64,000 bases of DNA from Asterias rubens (Eukaryota): NCBI RefSeq assembly GCF_902459465.1, contig NC_047076.1:9176001-9240000 (forward strand). Reading direction: 5' to 3'. The notes below the pieces were generated by a model that worked only from the letters and a program-made list of their open reading frames with translations, ran no database searches and was not told where the DNA came from. Shown here in pieces: positions 1 to 13,895 of the stretch (positions are counted from its first letter, which is position 1; each line of letters begins with the position of its first letter). Both the position numbers and the translations under genes were made by a program.

Positions 1-3000
1 TCACTTTGAATGTTTTTGTTCTACGTAAAAGGGGAGGTATACATGCACCTACTCCATGCTCAAGTTGAAGTTTTTTAGAAAACTGGAGAAGTATTTTACT
101 CTTCTTGTTTTAGTTCGCTTACTCTGAGCGATGCTGGGAGAACTGTGGACCAGTAGTTAGACTGTATGTATAACTTGCAATTAAAATAAAAGGTTGTGGG
201 TTCGAATCCTACCAAGCTACCATAACAACTAGAATAAACATTGTCATCTAGTCACTGAAACACAATTTTCTTGATTTGTGCAGTTCATAATCCCAGACTT
301 TAAACCAATGTTTGTATGAAAGACATTGGCTGTGTTGCAAGCTTGATGTTTATGTACCCTTGTGGAAGTTTATCGAGCTCACACCATTAAAAAAAAACAC
401 ATGCACAAAACAGAATGAAAAACAAGAAAAAGTACCCAAACAAACACCTTCATTGCCACAGTTTGCATGTTTTACATGAGCTTTGATAATATTAGCAAAC
501 CAAGGTATGAACGTATCCTGTTGCATCAGTCAAGCTGGCTGGGTTGAAAAAAGATCGCTGTACTTTCCGTATTACCCAATATTACCACTGATCACTGCTA
601 GGACATGTTGATTGATAAGGGGAGTAGGTGATAACTAACTGATTAGTATCAGGTGTATCACCTGTAACCACCCACTCACTATGGCAATGCATCCATGGAG
701 GCTGGGGGAAGGGGGGGGGGTTATCTGAGTCCCCATATCACCCCTTCCCTAGTAGAATTAATATAACACCTGTCTGCTGGTTCATTGGCCACCCAGCCCT
801 GAGGCTTATGACTCTCTCTGGATCCACCCATGAGCCATTTACAAGTTAGATTTGAATAGTGGTAATGTGTATGTGATTTCACAATATGGGGCACCAAGGC
901 AAAGACCAGGGCAACAGGCCATGTGACCTTGGTGTGTAATTCAAACCTGCAAAACTTGTGGTACAATTGACCTGCTTAGTCACAAGTTACCGCTTAAATA
1001 TGTATGAATTCCTCATCAGCGTTAGAGACAGTTGCTGTGTCAAATTGTGTCAGAACAAGCTTAGGCAAACTCCAGATAAACAAACCCTGGTACCATTATG
1101 TAATGAATGTTGGTCATCACTCAAATAACTTTGCAAAAAACTTACCTCGAATCATGTGGCATATCAACTGCTTGGATATTCTATGTTGAAGTTACAGAAT
1201 TGCTAGTAATCTGTTTCAGCTTAGCGCTACTTTTTAACGCCAAGCAAAGTTTTGTTTTGATGTTTGAAGATTTGCATGGTGTGGAAAATGAGAAGTAACT
1301 CTAACTAGTAAACTTTTCATGTGGTTTCACCGGCAAGTCCTAGACAATTTGTTGTACTTTGTTTGAATTGATTCACACATTTGGTAATGGTTCACACTCC
1401 GAAATCATGTACAGAAGGTGTGAAGCATGAACTTTCTTATGGATGGTGAGGTAGATCATAGAGAAAGGACAAAGAGTAGATCCAGGGTCACGCCACACAC
1501 TCTTCCTACGTACAAAATGGCAGCGAGTTCTGCCTACGTGCAGACATTCGTGTTTGATTATTATGGCTTTAAGTCAACTCTAAAAATATCTGTGTCGAAG
1601 CTGGCCAAGTGTCATGTATCAAACTTGCTGTGATGATTTGTTTTCCTTTCTCAAGCGTCTTAATAATTTTTTTGTGTGCTTCAAGTGTAAAATAACAAGA
1701 AGCCAGTGTGGAATTCAAGGGGTCAGGGGTCAAGCAGGCCTGGGGCTCCCCTTGCCCCCCCCCCTGTCTTTGTCTTGGTGCCCCGCCTTAAAAACTTCCC
1801 ACACAAGGCCTTTATTAGCTCTATCATGCCGTATAATAGTATTCTATGAATAAATAATTGAAGTGATCTTTTGTCTAGTATTTTATCTTGGAAGAAACAG
1901 GAATTACGAAAAAAAAAATTCAAAGAGCAATTCCTTGCTGTTTTGCAACAAAATAAAATGCACAGACAGGATTTGTGTTTTCCAAAGGGTTTGTTTGTTT
2001 GTTTGTTTGTTTAGATGATCTTCCTGGCAAGGGAACTCGGCAAACTCCCACAAGGGGATATTAACACCATGCTGGCATAGCCAATCTCTCCCACACGGTG
2101 ATTATGAAGTGCACAAATCAAGAGATTGTTGATTCAGTAACTAGATGACATTGACAAACAGAGATTGTGAAATCAGTGGCTAGCTTGGGGGATTCGAACC
2201 CAAAACCTTGTAATTGCAAGTCCCGCAGTCTCAACCATGATCCACGGTCTAATAGTCAGGTCTGCACTATCAATGCATGACTGAGTGGACATTTCATTTT
2301 CCTCTCTTCAATACATGTAAGTGAAGTTGGTCTCACTCCCCCGACCATTGTGAAACGATGAACCATTATCAACAAGGGTAAATATTCTAGCACCTGCTGC
2401 TTAAAGGGGCATTGTGAAGAGAAACCAGAGGAGAGACTGGGTGTCTTTACAGACTTTGTTTTTAAATTCTTATACCATTCACAAAATGTGGGCAGAGGGT
2501 ACTCCCTAATGTTCCTATACTTTTTCTTCATTACATTATAAACTGAATTATTCACAGACACTTTTTTTTATTTTTTTATCTTTTAAATAATTTAAAGTGC
2601 ACTATTCCTACCTCCATGTTCAAACCCAGTTCCCAGATTGTGGTTGAAGCCCATATTCAAAAGCTTCTTGTGTTAGTTTTGGAGCTCTAGTCATACTGAT
2701 CAATGAGTGATGACATACACTACAGTGTAAGAATACTTAAGACTGTTGATCTAGACAATCTTGAATGAACCTTCTAATCAAATAATAAAACCATTTTAAG
2801 TTAGATCCCTTTAAAGTGCTTCGGATCAGTCGGATTTACATGGCAGGAAATTGAAAGTGGATGTGAGGATTGCCGGCATCTTTTATTTCATATCCAGCGT
2901 GATTCTAATCTAGTGAATACAGATGACCAACACTAGAAGTGGTGGACCTATAATTGGCTTTGAGAAAGGCTTATGTACTAGCTTGGGAACAAATCAAGGA

Positions 3001-4597
3001 TTTTGTCTTTCTTGCTTTAGAGGAAATGATGGCTTTATACTTGTGATTTATTCTTCTCATTGTTTATCAGTTATACCAACTAACCTTTGCTAATATTTAC
3101 AAGTGCACAGGAAACCAACTTTGGTTCTCTGGATGCTAGCCATCTGTATACACAATTATACTGACTTGAAGTGCGTGCGGATATGATTGTACTGGCGAAG
3201 AGCCATGGCGAACAGCCAGTAAATGTATGTGCTAGACTCCATGGTTTGTTAATATTTTATTGCCACACTTCAGGGTTAAAAAACTAATCCATCTTTGCCT
3301 CAACAGTCTTCTTTAAGAACTTTCCATTGAGGGAAGAAGATGCTGACATGTTACATAGGCATGGAATAACACATAGGTCACATGGCCTCTGTTGCCTTGG
3401 TCTTTGACTTGGTGCCCCTTATAAAGTTTTCCTAAGCTAACCTTGAATAATAATAATAATATTGAAGTCTTATATAGCGTGTATATTTACTACTCAGGGT
3501 GCTTAGTTACATTTAATTAAGGTTAAGTGACCTTTGTAAAATTAAAATAGTCTGGCATTATCACAGCAGATAAAATTTCATGCCATGTTGTGCCGCCAAA
3601 CCTATATTTTGGATAAAGTAATGAAAGATAACAAATTTGACACCTTGGGTACGTTTCTAGGACTAAAAAAGTATCCACACACATTTTGATAAGGTTAGGA
3701 TTTATATACAATTTAAAAAGTGGTCCTCACTGCATCTGCAATGTAATCAAAGCCCTAATAGATTAACTGTGAATAAATTCCTGTAATAATTGATGACAGC
3801 CGACATTCTGGTTCTTCTCATTATCATCATAAAAGGAATGCACTCCACATTAATCTTCTTCATGCTCCTATTAAACTAACAAGACTTTCCATATGTACAC
3901 TGCGCTCCTCCAGAAAATATGCCAACCATTTTAAGCTCTTTCTGCACCACTTCAATGTCTGTTGATTTTGATGGCATTCAAATGCCTAATAGTACAGCGT
4001 ATGGTATACCACAGATAATCAACTGAACAATTGAAAGTATGATATGTACTCTTATTTCCCTAAATCCCCAAGCCAATACATACATGTATCACAGTTCCAT
4101 CTGTAACACCCGAGGAGGAGGTGAGGGCCCAAGGAGAGGGCATCAGTCTCGCAAGAACATCATCAGTGTCATGAGAATAGCAGAGAGAGTCGGAACGCTT
4201 TCATAACAACAAACATTTAACGACTCGTCCACAGTCTATAAAGTCTAAAACTAACCAAGATCCTGTAATATGGAGTGTTTAATCACACACACAAAATTGT
4301 GGCTTACTACTTTTTTTGAGATGCCTGCATAAGTCATCAAAACTAAATAGTGGTCTGAAATTCTAGTTGGTATGAGCATGGATGTAGAAATAGATATGGC
4401 ACTGCTCTAGAATTGCAAGGGTTGTGGGTTTCGAATCCCACCTGAGTAGTATGCCTATGATTTGTTCACAGAACTCGGGTAAGTACTAAGTAAACAGTGC
4501 TAACACACATCAGTGTGTATGGGTAAAAACCAAAATTAATATTCTTTATCCCTGATGCAAATTTAACATCTATTAAATTAGGTCTGAAATTCCTTAC

Positions 4598-4732
4598 CTT
4601 GTCATGAGAAACTGGAATTCTTCTGTCTTTTGATAGTTCAGCCATGACCTGAATGTTACTCCTTAGATCCATCTTGCAACCAACGAGGATGATAGGACAG
4701 TTTGGACAATGCTTACGTACCTCTGTGTACCA
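4598..4732 (-). CDS. RND: Rnd GTPase coding exon 4 (WYTEVRKHCPNCPIILVGCKMDLRSNIQVMAELSKDRRIPVSHDK), 135 nt
   Basis: Acceptor TTGTTACACAG, donor AAG|GTAAGG; G4 motif GCKxDLR; the terminal CAAX exon was not found in 1-4597 and probably lies outside the window. Confidence 0.92.
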
Positions 4733-4989
4733 CTGTGTAACAACAAAAAATTAGTCAAAGACTAGAACATTATATTTGTGCAAATTTGCTTAGCATGAAG
4801 TTTCTTCCTTGATAAAAACAGGATTACCAACCAAATTTCAATTTGTTGCATCATTCTTATAAAAATTATAATTATAATTTTGGGGGGCTAATCATCCTTA
4901 CTCGCAGTTAAGAGCTGAATTGCGAAGGACGCGGCTACAACATGTTCGAGAAGCAGGCATGCAAGGGCGCCTATGGCTGCCAGCCACAT

Positions 4990-5195
4990 CAACCCATTAT
5001 GACCACGGAGCACAGCCAAGATCGAAAGTGTTTGATTTTTCCCGAGGGAGAAAAACCGGATGTTCTGGAAAACCCTCGAGGCACAGCAGAGAACCAGCGC
5101 ACAACTCAACTCACATATGGCCACGTCCGGGAATGGAACCGGGGTCACCTTGGTGAGAGGCGAGCGCTTTACGCACACGCCAACCATGCCACCAA
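4990..5195 (-). mobile_element. tRNA-derived SINE with a Meta/Deu-like core
   Basis: Minus strand reads GGTGGCATGGTTGGCG..CTCGCCTCTCACCAAGGTGACCCCGGTTCCATTCCCGG..ATATGTGAGTTGAG..GAGGGTTTTCC..CCGGTTTTTCTCCCTC. Confidence 0.6.
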
Positions 5196-5531
5196 CCTTG
5201 TTACTGGTATACAGCTGTAATTTGCTAAATCCTGAAAATCACGTGGAATTTTGGTTGGTAATCCTGTTTTTATCATGGTAAAAATTTCATGTTAAGCAAA
5301 TTGTTGTGCTTAGCAGCCCTGTGAAATTGGGCAAATGAAGCCCCTTGTGTACACTTTGTCAAAGTTATCAAATAATAAACTACAACATGTACAAGGGTAA
5401 TTGACTCGGTTAAGGTTTACACGATTTGGCACTGAACAAAGAACAATATTGATTATAGTGGGATTTGAACCAACGATCTCCTGATTAACATGCTGGTGCT
5501 CAACCCTCATAGATGTTGGTGGTCTAATATA

Positions 5532-5764
5532 GGGTGCGTTCGTTTAGCTACCCTGGGTCAGCCCCGGTCTGCCCCTAGTGCATTCGAATAGCTTTGACGT
5601 CATTGCGGGGGCTCACCTGCTTGTGGAGTGGGTCACTTGGGGGTGACTCGATATGCATGGCGTCACCACGAGAGGGCGAGAATGATCGTTCGATTAGCTC
5701 TTGTCAGGGGCTCACACGAGTGAGCACCAAGGGGTCGACCCAGGGAAGATAATCGAACGCACCC
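5532..5764. mobile_element. Harbinger-like MITE
   Basis: TIR GGGTGCGTTCG..CCCTGGGTC / GACCCAGGG..CGAACGCACCC. Confidence 0.7.
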
Positions 5765-7039
5765 ACTGGGAGATCGTAGGGCTAGATCGCTATATAGACC
5801 ATGTAGACATTTATGACGGTGTGGCCATCTTGATCTAACTCCATTCCAACTCATTGTAGTAAACTGAGGCAGGACAAAATAAAAGTCTGGTGCCATGTTT
5901 GCGCAATGAATGTTAGCAATCATTTCTGTTATGGAAACAGGGAACATGACCAAGATGGTGACAGCGTGATAAAGGTCTATTGAATAACGCCTTTGTTGCT
6001 ATGAAAGTCGCCATCTTGTGGGGCAAACCATGCGCATCTAAACGCGTACATCAATGAAGCACGCAGCATTCCCGGATTGATTTCTATGGCACACGTACAT
6101 CCCCCCCCCCCACTTTGTGTATTCCAACATGTGCATTAAATATAAAATCTGTGAAAATTTTGTCTCAATTGGTCATCAAAGTTGCAAGAGAAAAAAAATA
6201 GTGAAAGAAAAAACACCCTTGTTGCACAAATGTGTGTACTTTCAGATGTTTACGAAAGGCTTCAGCCTGAAACAAATTATCAGATCGAAATATTTGAGTG
6301 AGAAACTATCTCTTTATGTTACTTTAGAGGAAGCCGTTTCCTCACAATGTTTTGTGCCAACAGCTCTCCATTGCTCATTAACAAGCAAACTTTTATGCTT
6401 ACAATTATTTAGTAGTTACCAATAGTGTCCAGTGTTATTAAACAAGACAGATGTGAAAATGTACTTCATTACACGCAACAGATCATTAGCTGGGACAAAT
6501 TTGTTTTAAAGAAAATATTGTTAATTTATTTCACTCTACAGTCGTCTCCAGATGAGACCCTGTCATCATTAACTGCTTGAATGGTCAGACAAATTTGTAG
6601 CACTTATTAATCTCATCCTTAATTCCACATATATAATAGATGCAGCCTGCCACAGATGGTATCCATGTTCCAACATGACAACATGTCCATGTTTTTAAAG
6701 ACACTGTACACTATTAGTAATTGTCAAAGACCAGTCTTCCCACTTAGTGTATCTCAACATATGCATAAAATATAGTTTCCCATAAACACCCTAAAATCAA
6801 CCTGAGAATTATAGGGTGCCTGCTGTTCATAGAACCCACAGGCTCATTCGAGTTGCGGCAATCAAAATAAGCAAAAGCAACAAATACATGTAGGAAGTAA
6901 ATGCTATTGCCCCAGTTTTTCAGATAGAAATATCTCTCTATAACTTTGTAATGAATGAGCTTTTGAAAGTTGAAGCTAATAATTAGGTAATCATATGTCT
7001 TTAGCAATGGAAATAAGCGAGACAAGTACTTGGAGAGCT

Positions 7040-7421
7040 TTAAAGGCAGTGGACACCATTGGTAATTACTCAAAATAATTATTAATAGCATAAAACCTTA
7101 CTTGGTAACAAGTAATGGGGAGAGGTTGATAGTATAAAACGTTGGGAGAAACGGCTCCCTCTAATGTGACGTAGTTTCGAGAAAGAAGTAATTTTCCACG
7201 AATTTGAGATATCAGAATAAGATTTTAAGGTCTTGAAATCAAGCATCTGAAAGTACACAACTTCATGTGACAAGGGTGCTTTTTCTTTCATAGTTATCTC
7301 GCAACTTCGATGACCAATCGAGCTCAAATTATCACAGGTTTGTTATTTTATGCATATGTTGAGATACACCAAGTGAGAAGACTGGTCTTTGACAATTACC
7401 AATAGTGTCCAGTGCCTTTAA
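7040..7421. mobile_element. Kolobok/T2-like MITE, family A
   Basis: TTAA-AGGCAGTGGACACCATTGGTAAT...ATTACCAATAGTGTCCAGTGCCT-TTAA. Confidence 0.85.
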
Positions 7422-7765
7422 ATATGCTATAATCTCAACTTTGACAGTTTTTCAGATTGAAATTTCTCTCTGGATGACTAGTATGCGTATGAACTTTGTA
7501 ATTATCAATGAGTTTCCTGAGATTGAAGCTAATTAACATTCGCACCCAATGTTACTTAGCAATCCTGTATTACTTTAGATTGCTTAATAACTATAAACTA
7601 TCGTGACGTTACTTATCGTGATGGATGAGTCATAGAGTCCTTGATATTGAAAATATCAGGGTTGTTCAAGGATGAATGAGATATCAGCGGTAACCGGTTC
7701 GCTTAAGGTTCAGGTTCGTCTCATATCAGCTATTTCATTAGCCTATCGTCAAGGTTTTTGTGGAC

Positions 7766-7900
7766 TGGACAGCTTCGTAAACAGCGGAGCGACTGAAACA
7801 GGAGACCACGCACGGGAGTCGAGTGCTGAATTTGCCACTCATGTATCATGTGGTCTTCCCTTTCAGTCGCATTGGGATCGCGGCTCTACGAAGCTGTCCA
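7766..7900. mobile_element. Small foldback element
   Basis: TGGACAGCTTCGTA / TACGAAGCTGTCCA outer arms; GCGACTGAAA / TTTCAGTCGC inner arms. Confidence 0.6.
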
Positions 7901-9083
7901 TGATGCCACAAAGGACTTGACAAATGGCTACTATTTCATCAATCGTGGTGCAAATAAGGATACACGGTTCCAAGTTTGTTGTTAATCTAATGTAATATCA
8001 GACTAAACTAGGTACATGGGTTAATTCTTGAATTTCATAGTGAGATGCCAGCCTGGATTTATGTAATGATTTTTTATTTGTGGACAGCTCAGAATACATA
8101 TATCTAATGTGAAAACAGAATTAATTATAAGTCATACTACGACATTGGTTAGAGTCTGTAATTTTGTAGCTTGTTTTGTTGGAAATCAGCAACATAACCC
8201 CTTTTTCTTTTGGATTTGGGAGAGGGCGTCTGCCATTGGTCTCTGAACATGACCTGCCCTATAAGGGTCCCTACCTGCTAGGGACTCCCTAGCACCCTGG
8301 AATAGTTCACATAGCATATCTATGTCTGAATGTCTCCCAGACTCTAGTACCATTCACTCGACACATGACGAGTTGAAATGTCAGGACAGGGGATTGTCCT
8401 GATGAATTAGATCGTTGGTTTAAAGGGAAGGAAACAAATCAGTGCACATTTTTTAATCTTCTTTAAAATTAGTAGAAATGTGCCACTCATATGGAGACAA
8501 TCGAGAAAAGAACAGAGGGTCTGCAACAATTCTAAGGCAACAAAAAGCTTTGCATATGGCAATACTTGAATGAAATGGGTGGGCATAATTTTGTCCTGCG
8601 ATTGCATGACTTCCATTCCACCTGTAGCATTCCTTTCCATGTGTAAAGGCAGAATCATGTGCAATGAGAATAACAAACAATTTCTCCAGGGCAATTTTTT
8701 CGCACTGACGAAAAAGCATTGATAAAGTAGCAAACTGCTTACCACCCAAAAGGACATATTTTTAAGATATAAATGCAAACAATTGGTTAATGGCATAATA
8801 TTTTGATTTACTCATAGGCAAAATGACAACACAGCACACTAAGGTTTTGAGACCGCTTTTTTGTCACTTTTAAAAACTTATACGAAGGAGCAGGTTACAA
8901 ACAATGATCATCACAAGGCATGTCTGGCTGATGACTTCTTTTTTTCACAACACAATACTCTACACCGGATTTGTTGATCTGTTCGGAGTATTGGAGATTT
9001 GGCGAATTGGGTCCAAGTTCCTTTATCTCAAACAAGGACTATAACACACATTTTGGAGTAGAATGACGTGTTATAATTCATAC

Positions 9084-9193
9084 CTTGTTAAGGACACTCT
9101 GTAGTGTGTGAGGCTGGCTGATATCATAACATATCAGAGTTGTTGTAATCTCTTGGTATGAGAGCGGTCGAACGCTGTCGTATTCAGGTTTAC
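9084..9193 (-). CDS. RND: Rnd GTPase coding exon 3 (GKPEYDSVRPLSYQEITTTLICYDISQPHTLQSVLNK), 110 nt
   Basis: Acceptor TTTCTTCACCAG, donor AAG|GTATGA; phase-1 entry matches exon 2; RPLSY motif. Confidence 0.92.
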
Positions 9194-12100
9194 CTGGTGA
9201 AGAAATAGCAGAAAGATAATGATAAATACTAAATATCTGTTGTTAAAGTTCAAACTATTGCAACACTTTTGTCAGTTCCACTCCATCCTCTGGCTTACAA
9301 TGGACTTTCCATTATATAAACCTGACCATAAACTGTGTAAAACAATCAATCAAACTTAGTGGTAGTGTTTTAGGAAAACAATTTTAAAAAAATAAGTTAT
9401 GTGTTTTTTAGGGATTTTGTGCATACTTTTGCTTATTTTGAATTGATTAATTTTTCAAATGAAAAGCAAATGTGACATAATATTTTATATTATTGAATGC
9501 CAAACCACACGTGTTATGAGATGCTATCGACAGGGTGTTGACCCGATCAGGTATCAACCTAATCGACTCTGTAAACACTTTGAAAGAAATATCAAACGAC
9601 AGTCTCTAACCACCCTTGAAAAGAAGCACAGTCAAAGTGGATAATGCTACCATTTCCTGTAGGCCAGTAAACTTGTGGATAAGTCTTAATGGTCCCACGC
9701 AGTGAGATAGTCGAGTTGTGGCGGTGCTATGGCGAGATCGCGAACTGCTGGTTGCCGACTTCTACTCCATGTCGGGTAACCAGCAGTTCGCGCAGAAGCA
9801 GTGATCTCGTGTTATAAAAAAAACTACGTAAGAACAGATCTATTGAGAGGAAATCTAGGTCAAAAGGAAAATCAGCAGTTGAAATGTCAAGGATATGCGC
9901 ATTGTGGCACCTCAGCTTTTTAAGCCAAAAACCCTGAAATAATCCACGGGACAGGAAGTTGGTGATGATAATCAGTCTGACTCATTAACAAGTCTGTACA
10001 TCAATTAAAATAGCTTCACATGGCATACTGTTTATCTAACGCTGAAAGTACAAACTTTATTTTCCTATATCTGAAGATTTAGCAAAACAGCGCTCAGAAC
10101 ATCAGAAGAAATGTCAATTGTAAAATTAGTTCTACCCAGGATAAAACCACCTCTCTAATTTGCACCTGTTGATAGACTGGAAAGTAAACCAATCATGTTT
10201 AAATAACAGGTCTACACAACAGTCTCAACATTTTCATCAGGGCCCAATTTCAATGTTGCTAGCTGTTCTGACATGCTAAGCAATATTTTCTACTTAACCA
10301 GCTCTTTGAAATTGAGGCACTCAATCAAAAGGATAGGCTAATTGTTTGACTGCATATTGTGATCTCAAAAGCATGTCAAACAAGGGAAGTCCAGACTACA
10401 TGTCTACTTACACATCTTCTATCAATGATACAGTGTTCACAAATACAGTTTAATCAAAGGATTCATGGATTTATGAAACAGCTACGAGTCTTCTAGGAAT
10501 TGCTCTCTCCACCAATCCTTTGTGCCTTTTACTTATATACCTTGATTGATAGACAGTCTTGGCTTTCACTCAGCTGAATTAAGACTAAGATGATTCGGTG
10601 ATGACAACTTAAGAAAAACACTATGGATGCCACAATAATCCCCTTTATCTGTGGTCTCAGGTCTGTATGGTCTGAGTAGCTTTGTGTAGCGATAAAGAGA
10701 TTCTGTGAAATCCAATCTCATTCAAAGAGAGTGTTTGGCTTTCATGGTGTATAGGGATCATCACAGTTTTTAATGTGACATTCCAGTGGTTAGTATCATG
10801 CAAAAGCTGACAATCAACTTAATCTGCCAAGCAGTAAGCAATACATGGCATCCAGTTTACTATCCATGAAATTCTTCCTACTTAAGTCTGATTTCCGATT
10901 ATTGGGCCCTTGGAAATTTTAGAACACCTGAAAATGTTGCCACAAATACATGGTGGTCAGCTCTTGTTCTCAATACAATATTGCCATACTTGATAAGACT
11001 AATATCATGCCTGCATCCAGTATAGAGGGTTTAATTCTGGTAATGTTTGTTGCTCTGTTTCAAACTCAGATGCTACTTGTTAACATTATATTGAAAGTGG
11101 ATGATCTTTTTCCTAAATGTCCGCAAATGACGACCTGATTCAAAAATGCTTAGCACAGACAAATATTGCTTAACACCACTACCACACCAGCCAAAATACC
11201 ACGTTACATGTATGTTTAACTATTTTTAGTGACTACCTGCAAAATTGTGCTAATCAGCAAAACTTTTCAAGAACCATTTTCTGCTGTACAGTTATATTTG
11301 GCTTTGATCCTGGCTAATTAAAATAATCATTCCACCCCTATATAATTTCTGTTCATCACATTTTTAACATAATGCTTGTCTGCTTTGTGGAATTATGCAA
11401 AAAAAAAGAAGTTAATTGCCTGACCTCATATGGAATTATGGATTCTAATATGGACTCAATTATGCTCAAAACCTTTTCTATTCATAGTAAACATATACTA
11501 GCAGTGGCAATGCTGGCCCTCAGTCCACAGGTTATCACATTAACATAACAATAGCCTTGCGGTTTTAGCAGCCTAAACAAATTAGAGGAGTTGAGAGCTC
11601 CATTAAGACCACCTCATTGTTGTTCTGTCATTGAACTGGGAGCTAATTAAAGGATTAGGTATTGACTGTGAGAATTCTGGCAGGTACATAACTTGATGCC
11701 TGGGGCTTGGTTTATTATTAGTGGATTACTCCCAGGTTCTTGCTGCAACTGTTTCTTTTTCCAAACACCCTGACAGGATGAACGCTTTTTATAAGGGGAA
11801 GTCTGATGCCGGAAGTGGCTTGAATTCAAAAAAATTCAACTGGTTAATATGTTTCCATACCCATTGTTAAGTTTGTAATTGTGTAGCTTGGTGGTGTGTG
11901 TTTGTTGTTTGAACTCGTAAACAGAACACCCCTTTTTTATTGATGATATTGATAAATTTATAAGTTTTGAGTTGAACTATTAAAGTCCATTTTTCTTGTG
12001 GAATATTACTTAGTAATTTAAGAAGAGGTGATTTCCTATTTTTGTAGCCCATCGTGGTCCTCTGGTTAACGACAGTTTAATGTCAACAGTATTAGAGGTT

Positions 12101-13790
12101 AATGTCTTCTACTAAATAGTGCCCCCCCCCCCACAAATATTTTTTTTTTAAAGGGGACATCAGAACCTCCATGAACTGATGCAATAGGTTGGTATAGGTA
12201 TAGCTCAGTTGGTAGAGTACTGGCATGTGAATTCAGACATTTCCCGGTGCAAATCCTGCTCTTGTCCAACTAAATTTGTAAAAACAAAGTAAATAGGCTT
12301 TGAGGTACACAAGTTATAAATCAATCTTCCACCAGGGTCTAACTAATCAAGCTGGTTAGCAGAAATGAGGGATTTGAAAGGAAACCAGTCAGCAGTTCAA
12401 TAAGCAAATTTATGTGCTTAGCAGCTTTATGAAATTGGGCCTAGCTATTCTTCAGGGAAGTCACACCTTTCAAAAGTTCAGTTCTCAATCCCAATCATAA
12501 ATCAAAGATGCACACTTTGTTATTGCCTCGTATAATAGAATTATTCTACTTGACGCCAAGTCTGAATGGTGAGGCTTATTGTATATCACATGTACAAATG
12601 TCAATGACATTTGTAACAGCGGTGTACTCAGACAGTTAATTAATTGTAATTAAATGCCATTGACATTTCCCCCCTGTATGCAGAAATCACACTGGCTCTC
12701 TGAACATTGTTTATGTTGGCAGAGAAATATTGTAATCTCTACTGACGTTAGTATTGTAATGAGATATTATCAAATTGTTCTTGGACTTGGTATTGCCAAT
12801 GTTTGCTCTGGGTGTTTTCACAAGTTTGATCAAAAACGCAATTTGACCACGCATTCATCATAGCCATGTCAATGTGCACAACTTCTGTTAATAAGCTGTC
12901 TCTACTTTGTCATGTACGATGTACTCGATTGCAATAATAAACGATTAATATTAGTTTATAAAGAGGTATCTGTTTCTAAGAATGTCTCAGCTTGCAGCCT
13001 TACTGTACATTGTAAGCTCCTTCGGTAATTTGAAAATGTACACTTTCGGAGCAGATGGTCGATAGACGAAGCTTTAATAAGCAATGGTTTCTATACAAGG
13101 GGTGCCGGTTTCAGGCCATTTACTTTCTTTCCCCAAATTAACCATTGGAAATGGCCACAGTGCAAGCTGCAAGCGTCAAACCAGAGCTGCCAATTTTCCC
13201 TGATTCAGCAGAAAGTTCCTTGAAATTGAAACCAATCTTTCAATGTTTTGGTGAGCAAATTTTAAAATCTTCCTGAATCCTGATTATGGAAGAAAAAAAT
13301 CTGATTATGTTGAATGTAATTCCAAATATCTCCTTACATTGTACAAAACCTGCAAGATGCAAATGTTGGCAGCTCTGCTAACAGATGTTAGAAATTTGTT
13401 CACAAGTATTATATTAATTGCACTTGAATATGGAGCGTGCAGGTCTGGAATAAAATTGGATTTGTACTTCTATTGTCCACCCAAAGGGTCATGGCCAAAA
13501 GAGTGCAGTGAAGTAACAGTGTCCTTGGGTTGGCGTTTAATATGTTGTAAAGATCTCCAAGTGTTGAGATGCTGGTGGTGTGATGGCTTAGTTTTCATAA
13601 AGTACGAGATTTTTATGGCTTTCCAGATGAGAGATTTTGAGGCATGTGGAAATGTTGAGTATTATGTCTTACCACCAGTATAATTTGTCAAGCATAGATT
13701 TCTATTCAGTTCTAAGTAATTATTTTTATGAGTGTGTTGTATTTTTAACGAGGATTTGTTTATCTTGAGTATTTCTTTCCACCAGAAATT

Positions 13791-13895
13791 TTGTGTATGA
13801 CAATTGAACCAACCATTGGAATCCATTGATAATTGAAGGGGGTGTGTATGACAATTCAACCAACCATTGGAATCCATTGATAATTGAAGGGGGTG
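13791..13895 (+). repeat. 51-bp tandem duplication
   Basis: TGTGTATGACAATT(G/C)AACCAACCATTGGAATCCATTGATAATTGAAGGGGG x2. Confidence 0.9.

Noticed and set aside
1-4597. The terminal RND exon (YxECSA...CAAX)
   Set aside because: Inspected by eye on the minus strand with no convincing match; probably outside the window
4888-5281. Cluster of overlapping 70-99 aa ORFs
   Set aside because: Explained by a GC-rich SINE on the minus strand
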